Assembly (NCBI GenBank): GCA_951406725.2
Contig: OX597815.1
Location: 119,784,001-119,848,000 of the forward strand
Reading direction: 5' to 3'
Length of the DNA: 64,000 bases
From: Octopus vulgaris
Taxonomy: Eukaryota
Shown here: one piece after another, positions 54,211 through 64,000 of the stretch
Layout of the letters: each line of letters starts with the position of its first letter
Position numbering within the stretch: the first letter of the stretch is position 1
Program-made: the position numbers and the translations under genes
Notes under the pieces: model-generated
Seen by the model: the letters and a program-made list of their open reading frames with translations, nothing else
Databases searched by the model: none
What the model was told of the DNA's origin: nothing

Positions 54211-56840
54211 AAATTATATCCACCAATATGGTGTTGACTATTCATTTTCATCATTTGACATTTACATATCAAAGCTTCTGACTTCAACAAACACTGGTTA
54301 AGCCCTAAACATGAACAGAGAATCAAAACAAACCATGGAAAAACATGAAATAATGACATCACTGGAGAATATTCTTCTTCCACCAAAGAAAGTATACATC
54401 AAGCATCTTATTGATAAAACAGAAAATGTTCTGAGAAGAATTAAATAAAGGTACATGCAGCCCTCATGTAGAGGACAATTATGGTTTCAGATCTTATATT
54501 AAAGATCTAGAAAAATTTGAAGATGGTCTTATAAAGTTAGAAATGTAAAATTTAACCAAATATCCAACAAAGTTCAACACATATTACAGACCTACATTGA
54601 ACCCTTCAAAACATCAACAGACATGTTTATGAAAGCAAACAAAACAAAAAATAATTATGAAGTAAATAACCAAGCACACAACAGATTACTAACTGACAAC
54701 ATAACTAAAACATACAAGTAAACAAACCCCACTACTTATAGTTCAATTAATGTAGAGGCAAAAAATCTAGCCACAAAGCTTAAAATAGAAGACCAAATAG
54801 AAAAGCTTATCCCACGAAATCTTTTTATAACCCTGAGAGACCATAAAAATAACTTCATGCAAAATGCTAGCTGTAGATTAATAAACCCTACAAAAAACGA
54901 AATAGGAATTATTAGTAAATCCATTTTAGATAATGTTATATGACATACACGAGCCCACTTAAATCTTAATGGATATGTAGTAGTGCAACTATTGAATGGT
55001 TTAAGAAAATAGAAGATAAACCCAAATGCATAATGCAAATCTATACAATTCGATATCATAGAGTTCTACCCATCAATCTCCAAAAGCTAGCTTCAGGAGG
55101 CACTTGAATTTAGTAAGGTATGTGTCACTATAACACATACTGATATAAATATAATTCTGAATGCAGAGAAGTCATTACTCTTTTATGATAATTCTTATTG
55201 GGGATAAAAGAATGGAGACAAGTTTTTTGATGTATGTGGCAATGTGGAGCTATGACAGTGCAGCTCTCTAGCTATCTAGCTGACCTCGTAAGCCTTATAT
55301 TTTAGATATCCTTAAAAAAGAAATAAAATAAGTTAACATAGGTTTATATAAGGACGATGACTTTGGAGTAGTATACAACAAAAACAGAATGATATGGTTA
55401 GAATAAAGAAAAAAATTATGCAAAATATTTAGCCAATTAAGCCTAAGAACCACAATTAGTAGCAACCTTAAAGAAGTCAACTTCTTGGATAGTAACATGA
55501 GCCTTAACACAGGAAACTTTAAACACTACCACAAAACAAACATAGATACAGGTTCCAACCACCCACCAGCAGAGTAATTAAACAAAGGGTTAACAGCATT
55601 AGCAGGTGTGTCCCTAATTTATCTGCTGACAGACACTTTTGAAAAAGCAGCCTACATTGAACCAAATATAAATAGACCAAGAAGACACTGACAGAGGAAA
55701 ATCTTATGGTTTAACCCACCTTATAGCATGAATGTAGCTACTAACATAACTAGGAAATTCTTAAAATTAATAGACAACCACTTTCCACATTCACACAAAT
55801 ACCACAAGATCTTCAACGGAAATACTGTTAAACTTATCTGTAGTTGGTTCCCCAATACAGGGTCAATAATACTCAATCACAATAAATATAAACACATCAG
55901 AAACACCCCCAAAAGACAATGTAACAGTAGATCCCCAAACCACTGTCCGCTAAACAACAACTGTCTCAAGAAAGAACTCACATACTAGACCAAGATCATG
56001 GACCCCAATAGAGTAGAAAGATGTATATTGAAATGATGGGCAACTTGTTCAGAAAAGGTATACACAACACCAGGAATAATTCAGAGACAAAAATAAAAAA
56101 AACATGCAGCATCCCTGTCAGATATGTTATGGGAATTAAAAGAAGGTGTTGTAAGCAAACCTCAGATAGAATGGAAAATTATTGCTAAAGCCGAAAAATA
56201 CAGAGGACAGGGCACCAAATGTAAACTCTATATTACTGAAAAGCTAAACATTATACAATCAACAGATAACATCCTAAACATTAAGGATGAAGCCTTCTCT
56301 CCTTGCATACACAAGCAATATTTTACACTCATATACTTCAAAGAAGAGCCACCATCTGTGACAGTAATCCGACCAGGATAGCCCCTTTACTGAGTGTGAA
56401 CTCTAAACACACATAGCACACAAACTCCACTCATAGAAGAAATATACCCCAATGACGAACTACCTTGGCACACAAGTATGAGAACACCACACCCAGAACA
56501 AAAACAAAATAAAGCAAACAAATTGATCACACAGCAGTTTGCCCAAAAGATAAATCCAAGGTAGACAAACATTCAGAAGATGCCACCCAGAAGTAACGCC
56601 CCTTGATTCATAGTATTATTCATGAGAATTCATGAAAATCTCCACAAACTAAACAAGGGTGTGTTTTCCATAATGGAAGTGAACACCTTTTACCATGTGA
56701 CACTTGAAAAATTGTTAAGACACTAGGATATTTTCCTTCTTTTCTTAACATGAAACGAATGGTAGCTTTAAGTCCCAAATAAAGAAATTATATCCACCAA
56801 TGTGGTGTTGAGTACTCATTTTCATTGTTTAACATTTACT
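54211..56840 (+). mobile_element. Near full-length decayed Penelope-like element (Naiad-type RT + GIY-YIG) with direct terminal repeats
   Basis: FITLRDHKNNF...CRLINPTKNEIGIISK; IQFDIIEFYPSISK; IGLYKDDD; EVNFLD; WFNPPYSMNVATNI; CNSRSPNHCPLNNNCL; LWELK...IEWKII..A..Y....CKLYITEK..LN..DE.FSPCIH. Direct repeat of about 55 bp at 54211-54266 and 56785-56840. Confidence 0.9.
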
Positions 56841-56924
56841 TGTATCTCTCTCTCTCTCTCTATCTATTTATCTATCTATCTATCTTTCTATCTATCTATC
56901 CATATATATATATATATATAGCTT

Positions 56925-57975
56925 CTACAGCTAGGAGTAAATGAGAGTAGATGTTGAGAGCCATCCATGCCTTGTACAGGGATGTTGTCAGTAAGGTAAA
57001 CGTCAGCACTGAGCACAGCAACGAATTTTGTGTGCAGGTAGGTGGTGTTCACCAAGGCTTGATTCTCAGCCCTCTTTTGTTTATCATACTCTTCCAGGTT
57101 ATAACAGGAATTTAAGAGTGGTTGCTCATGAGATCTTCCCTATGCTGTTTATTTAGTTCTTATAGCTAACTCCATAGTAAAATTAGAAAACAAATTTCTG
57201 GTGTGGAAGCAAAGCCTAGAATCAAAAGGGCCTTAGAGTTAATTTAGCAAAGATAAAAGTACTAGTAAGATGGAAAGCAGAAAAATTACCAAGATCCCTT
57301 CAAGGAAATGGCCTGCTCAATATGTATAAAAGGTTTGTTAGAAACTCAACATAGTGTATTAGATGCAAGCTTTGGATTCAGAAAGGTTAATAGAGGAAGT
57401 AATCTTTGTGTGTGGCAGATGTACAGGAACAACAAACACTAAGAACACACACAAAATAGATTTCCTCAAATGCCCTGGGGTATCCTTAGAGACAATAGAT
57501 AGTTTCTATGATCAAATTAGCAGTGGAGGAAGATGCAATAAAAATATTGTTGCTAGAGTCAGAAACAATTGGGTAAAGTTCAGAGAGCTATTATCTATGT
57601 TGGTAACAAGGGGTCTCTCCCTCTGAGTGAAAGGCAGTTTATATGATGGTTGCATTTGAATGGTTATGCTACATGGTAGTGAATGTGGGCTGTCGCTGCA
57701 GAAGACAAGCAAAAGCTGGAAAGAAATGAAGCCAGTGTGCTTTATACAGTGTGCATGTATGACAAAGTGTAAATGTGTCGAGAGAAAAAGTGGATATAAG
57801 AGGAATCAGATGTAGTGTGCAGGAAGGAAGACTGGGATGGTATGGTCATGTGATGCATATGGATGAAGACAACTGCATAAAGAAGTGCTGATCTCTAAAT
57901 ATGGAGAAAGAGGATAACCTATGAAAACATGAGACAATGTGATGAAAACAATCTTTAGATGTTGAGGAGATAACA
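56925..57975 (+). mobile_element. Decayed RTE-type LINE ORF fragment
   Basis: F.VQVG.VHQG..LSPLLFI, an LPYA remnant of LLYADD, a Cys-rich insert (FVCGRC), IVARVRNNWVKFRELL..L...GLSL*VKG.LYDGC and RRLGWYGHV. Confidence 0.85.
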
Positions 57976-58023
57976 AAGCCTTGTGAGTGGATTTGGTACA
58001 TGGAAACTGAAAGACACCCATTG

Positions 58024-58074
<51 letters not shown>

Positions 58075-58386
58075 AAATAAGCAACAAAGATATCCAAGGT
58101 AGTATAGTACAATTGTTTCATGCAACTTCATTTTATTAAACACTGTAAGTATTATATCAGTTTTAAAATGTTGAACAACCTTCAGCCACATATAGAATTT
58201 TTCAATTAAGCTGACAATGCATATTCTTATAAATTTGCCAACATTACAAAGAGGGTAGATATATAGACAGAGAAGTTAATTTCATCATTAAGAACATGAT
58301 GGTAGTATGTTCATTCTCTGTCTGTTGGAGAATTTACAAAAAAACAAAAGATGAAAACAGGTGTGTAAACAACAAACAAATGTGTG

Positions 58387-58427
<41 letters not shown>

Positions 58428-60060
58428 ATATATATATATCTATATCTATATCTATATATGTGTGTGTCTGTGTTTGTCCCCCCAACATCGCTTATATATA
58501 TATATATATATATATGTATCTATATATATCTATATATACATATATAAATGTATATGTGTGTGTATATATATATGTATATATGTATATATATATCTATATA
58601 TATATATATAAATGTATATGTATATATATATATATATGTATGTATATATGCATATATATGTATATATTTATATATATATGTAGCTTTTTCTCAATCTATC
58701 AATCTATCTTCTCTCTCTCTCTTTCTCTGTATATGTGTGTGTGTGTGTTTGTGTATGTGTGTGCATGTGTGTGTGTACATATGTGTGTGTGTGTATATAA
58801 ATGAGTGGGTATGTATTTGTAAACACATATGTTCAATCATATTTATTGCTATATTGCACATACATAAATAGTACATACATGTATATATTATTTTATATAC
58901 ACACACACATGTTTCTATATATATATATGAATGTTTGTATGTATGTATGTGTGTATGTATGTGTGTGTGTATGTATGTATGTATGTATGTATGTATGTAT
59001 GTATGTATGTATGTATGTATGTATAAAATGTGAAAATTACACAGAAAGATGACAAAGGAAGACACACAAGATGTGAACCTGCTCTTTCCTCATCAGTTTT
59101 CATCCAAAAATCATAACAATTTCATGCCTTTAAAGATAAGATTATTCATTTCAGTGGCATCAACAGCAATTAGCTGCTGTAAATAAATGAGCAAGCGTAA
59201 AGGACCATGACAAAAACAAAGAAACAACACAGGTAGTTGATACAAATATAAATATATATACACAAAATAAAGGCCTTACGGCTATGGGACACCAATAAGC
59301 AAGACATGAGTAGAAGTAACGTTAACAGAAAATGATGTCCTATAAGGCTTGAAAAGGAAAGTAGAAAGATGGAAAGATAGTGGGAAAAATAGAATGAAAG
59401 ATAGTAAAAAAGATGAACCCATGCCTGAAGGTAAATGCAAAGATGAGAGCACAGAAAGAAGCATGACTGAACAGGTCAGTGGTCAAGCAAAAAAAGAAAG
59501 ACTGAAAGGAGAAATGGGATGATTACATGGTACTGAAAATGAGGGATGAGAGAGAAAACAGCCAAGGTAGAGATTGAAGCAAAGTAAAGGGAGAAAGGGG
59601 TTCACAGAAAGAAAGAAATGCAGAAGGAGACAGAAGAGATAGTAGAGAGAAAGGATGGGGAATAAAGGAGGGAGTGCACAGAACAAGAGAGAAGGAGGAA
59701 GAATAATAAAATGAAAAGGATAGACAGAAAAAACTACAGAGAGGTATATCATCATCATCATCATCATAACCATCATCATTTAATGTCCATTGTCCATCTG
59801 GTATGGGTTGGACCGGGCTGGCATACAGGAAGGCTGCACCAGACTTCAGTCTGATTTGGTATGGTCTTCTATGGCTTGATGCCCTTCCTAACACCAACCA
59901 CTTGGCAGAGTGGAATTAGTGCTTTTTACATGGAGCAAGCACAGGCGAGGTCAATTTTGGCAAGGTTTTTACAGCTTGATGCCCTTCCAAATGCCAACCA
60001 CTTTACAGTGTGTGATTTTAAGTGGCACCTGCACTGACAGGGTTACCAAGTACTTGCAAG

Positions 60061-60102
<42 letters not shown>

Positions 60103-61085
60103 GATTTAGAAAACATAAGATGAAGACGGGTGAGGGAACAGCAAGCAGGTGTATTAGTTTGACACTCGGGATAAGTAGAGAAGTCTTTGACATTTCGAGC
60201 TTATGCTCTTTGACAGGAGAGAAAAATGGAGAATGAAAAAACAGAGATAGAAAGAAATATATATATATATATATCTTATATCTTTTATCTTTTACTTGTT
60301 TCAGTCATTAGACTGTGGCCATGCTGGGGCACTGCCTTGAAGAGATTTTAGTTGAATGAATCAACTCTAGTATCCTGTTTTAAAGCCTGGCACTTATCCT
60401 ATCAGTCTCTTTTGCTGAACTGCGTAGTTACAGAGACATAAACACACCAAGACTGGTTGTCAAGCAGCGGTGTGGGACAAACTTGACACATGATAGGCTT
60501 CTTTCAGTTTCTGTCTTTCAAATTCACTCACAATGCTTTGATCAGCCCAAGACTGTTGCAGAAGACACCTGCCCAAGGTGTCAGGCTGTGGGACTTAAAC
60601 TGGAACCATCTGGCTGGGAAGCACATTTCTCATAACAGAGCCATGCCTAGTATAATATGATAATATAACACATATAATATAAAACATAATATATTATAAT
60701 ATACATAATCACTATTTAACATTTGTATTCCATGTTATCTTCCATAAATGAGTTGGATGTTTTGACTGGATATGATGAATCAGAGATGTTTACAACACTC
60801 CAGTGTCTGCTCTGGCATAGTTTCTTTGGCTGGATGACCTTTCTAATGCCAGCAGACATTGCAGAGCAGGTGAGGTCACCATATATAACTCAGAAGACTA
60901 AAAAGTTTCCTTGACTGAGTGGAAGTATAGTGAAGTGGGAGGTGGCTGTATGCAAGATGCTGAGAGGTTGAAGTTTGATAGAAAGGACAGGAACTGGTTT
61001 GTTACTGTAGAGGACATACGAAATTATTCTGCCTTTTATTAGTGTGGATGGGAGTAATTGTGATGGATATAAAAGACATTTATGC

Positions 61086-61117
<32 letters not shown>

Positions 61118-61270
61118 AGATATATATTTCTGCATGTATCATCATCATCATCATCATCATCATCGTTTAACGTCCGTTTCCCATGCTAGCATGGGTTGGA
61201 CGATTTGCCTGAGGTCTGGCGAACCAGATGGTTGCACCAGACTCCAATCTGATCTGGCAGAGTTTCTACA

Positions 61271-61622
61271 GTGTATAATCAGTACTTGTAGTAAAGTACG
61301 ATTTTACTTTGGAAGCATGCTGTTAGACTTATCTAAAAGAATTTCTATCCATTACTCAACGTTTAGTGATAAGAATAAATGTAACAGTGCTGGACTCAGT
61401 AAATTAATTTGGAATCTAAAAGACCACAATGAACAATTTAATTTAGAATGGTTGATTCTCTCAATCTCGATACCTTATGACAAAGGCAAGGAATTCTGTC
61501 TTCTCTGAAATTCTGAACTATTTTTCATTATTTTTTCTAAAAATCCCCTAGTAAACACGGTTATAGAGTGTGCATATCGATGTAAACATTGGCAAAAACA
61601 CACCTTTAGTTCATATAAGTAA
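61271..61622 (+). pseudogene. Penelope-like GIY-YIG endonuclease C-terminal fragment with an in-frame TGA at a conserved Cys
   Basis: FYFGS...KRISIHYSTF...SAGLSKLIWNLKD...LEWLIL...PYDKGKEFCLL[TGA 61506-61508]NSELFFII...LVNTVIECAYRCKHWQKHTFSSYK*. Confidence 0.85.
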
Positions 61623-61830
61623 TCTCTGATATTATATATAATTTAATCATTAATTTTCTTTTTATATTTAACATTCACTAAAAAAAAAATATCCCTCCTC
61701 TTTCTATAGGCTACTTCTGACATTATATCATATAATGTTTTTTTCAAACAATATTAATAGCATTCAGTAAAACACTATAGATATCCATCATTTTCTGTTA
61801 AAATGTCTTATTGATGAGTTTCATTTCTTC

Positions 61831-61916
61831 ACTTCCCTGAAGAGAAGATTACATTGCTTTACACCATTTATTCCTTTGGAATAATATCAGTGAAATCTTC
61901 GAAACGTGTCGGAAGT
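61831..61916 (+). ncRNA. Type I hammerhead ribozyme motif (canonical core)
   Basis: ACUUCC CUGAAGA GAAGAUU...AAUCUUC GAAA C GU GUC GGAAGU. 6-bp stem I, 7-bp stem II and a GUC cleavage triplet. The downstream segment recurs at about 54101-54154. Confidence 0.88.
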
Positions 61917-61961
61917 AAAAGTATTTGAATTATACCTGTGTTAAATTCCATTTATTTATTC

Positions 61962-62016
<55 letters not shown>

Positions 62017-62558
62017 AATAAAAAATACACATTAAGTACAGGACATCACCAACAAGTGAAAAATATGTAAACACTCCAAGAGAAGATAACCTGCTCATGA
62101 GTTTTCAACTGTTTTACTACTCTCTATTTGGTACTGTCAACACACACACACATGCACACACACACACACACACACATGCACACACACACACACACATACA
62201 TACAAACACACACACACACCCATACCAGCATGGAAGGCAGATGTTAAACGATGATGATGACATATATATATACTAAGTTGAAGAATGGATGTAACCATGA
62301 TATCCTATGATCTGAAGAGCAAGCCTTCTTTACTTGTATTACCTTATAAATTGTACAGTAGTATATATAATTCTAACATATGCACACTAATACAAACTTG
62401 TAAAACAATTTATTATACACTAAAATAAATTGTTTTCCTGTGATGTTGGCTGCAAAACAATTGCAATCTTATGAATATCAACTGATGAAATAAATATACT
62501 CATCTCATACCTCCTGAATTTCTATATATTTTATATATGCGTGCGAGCGCGCGCGCAC

Positions 62559-62613
<55 letters not shown>

Positions 62614-62996
62614 TATGTATATAGCAGTTGAAATATGTTTGGGATATATTTGGCCATCACTACACCCATATTCATTGCTGTTTGCTATAGAAAAGAATTC
62701 TCACTTTAGGCAACTGTCATTTTAAGACATTGTCTGACAGTAGCGGTGAATGTATTTCTAGCTTCATGGTTATCATCAGCACCATGTACTACATGAGAGA
62801 CATGCTTTGATACTGATTCACTAGAAGGAAAAGAAGGTTTCCAAAGACATTTCAAGACTGTCTCTGAACATCTAGTGCCTAAAATGACAATTATTTGCAA
62901 TAACAGCATTGAGCATGGCCATTGTGTGGGTAAAATATGCCTCAAACATACTTCAACTGGTCTAAATATTTGTTCACAACACTGCTTTCACATGCC

Positions 62997-63007
62997 TACT
63001 ACTACTG

Positions 63008-63105
<98 letters not shown>

Positions 63106-63195
63106 ACTACTACTGCTGCTGCTGCTGGTTTTGCTGCTGCCACTGCCGCTGTCATAACCACCACCACCACCACCACACTACTACTACTACTACTA
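62997..63195. repeat. (CTA)n/(CTG)n/(CCA)n trinucleotide mosaic
   Basis: Seen directly. Confidence 0.9.
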
Positions 63196-63380
63196 CACAT
63201 GTACATATGAATTAAACAATAATTACATAAAGAAGACAACACTGGAAGGATAAGGTTTCACAAATGTATTTAAATGCTTATATACATTTACAGGCACATG
63301 CAGTACCAGTGTGTGTATTTGTATATGTTTATATGTGTGTGTGTGTGTGCGTGTGCACATGTGTGTGTGTGTGTGTAAGT

Positions 63381-63627
63381 AATTTACCTGGAGTTACAGT
63401 ACAGTGTAGCTTATCATCAAAAGGATTAAGTGGACCATTCCTTTTTGATGGTACTGTGACTGATCCTATTTACTTGAATCTGTTATGCCAATCCTTCAAG
63501 AGGACTTTGAAGAGATGGAGTTTTATTTACAGCAAGATGGGACACCCACACACTACAATAGAAATGCAAAGGCCTGCTTTAATGAGATTTTCCAATCAAG
63601 TGAATTGGATGTAGAGGTTCAGTAGAA
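63381..63627 (+). mobile_element. Tc1/mariner-superfamily transposase fragment (QQDG.P.H / WIGR type)
   Basis: [35 protein letters not shown] / [13 protein letters not shown]...*IGCRGSVE. Cut at 63628 by CAGGGGTGGGGAAAC, a hAT-like TIR start. Confidence 0.7.
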
Positions 63628-64000
63628 CAGGGGTGGGGAAACTTTTTAGTGTGGCAGGCAAAAATTTCCACTCACAAGTTCTTACTCTTATATCTGTGTA
63701 AATCTTCTATATATCTATTTATTATTCAATATACACTAATAAAGATAAGTTTAACACATTAGATTAACATGTAACATCTTCATTAACGCTATTACTGAAT
63801 TTAGGACATTTATATTTACATATGAGGTTTCTATATTTCTCAGCTAGAGTGTAGTTGGATCTCAAGGGGGTGGTACAAACCTAGCAGTATATGTTTTATA
63901 GTGAAAGCAGAATTTACATTCAAATGGCAATTACTGGACGATTTTCTGTTCAACTGTTTTAAGTCATAGTGGAAATGTGACTTATGTCACAGATTGGCAT

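Noticed and set aside
61623-61955. SECIS element downstream of the UGA-containing ORF
   Set aside because: The AUGA and GUGA candidates near 61814 and 61890 lack a convincing helix II with an apical AA and a matching GA by eye. Needs a computational test on the consensus.

Overview
AT-rich, microsatellite-saturated eukaryotic DNA. The SINE families look like those of octopus; this is an inference from the repeats only. Almost every ORF in the supplied track is a translation of (TA)n, (CA)n, (TAA)n or (CAT)n repeats or of SINEs, and no intact recognisable host gene is present. Supported content: three tRNA-headed SINE families and an RTE-LINE 3' tail repeat (dozens of copies), two decayed full-length mariner elements with TIRs and TA target duplications, Tc1-like fragments, RTE, Tx1/L1-like and R4/Dong-like LINE remnants, and several Penelope-like (Naiad-type RT + GIY-YIG) remnants. 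The main unexpected signal is a dense set of minimal type I hammerhead ribozyme motifs from many distinct sequence families. Most sit in or next to long inverted repeats inserted in (TA)n tracts. They include a recurrent U3-A8 compensatory core variant (UUGAAAA) and CUGUAGA and CCGANGA variants. One Penelope-like GIY-YIG fragment has an in-frame TGA exactly at a conserved Cys position, a possible selenocysteine codon, and is followed by a canonical hammerhead. Weaker leads are a compact promoter-like motif cluster near 43 kb and candidate host exons between 7 and 22 kb. All alignments and folds were done by eye; repeat boundaries are approximate.
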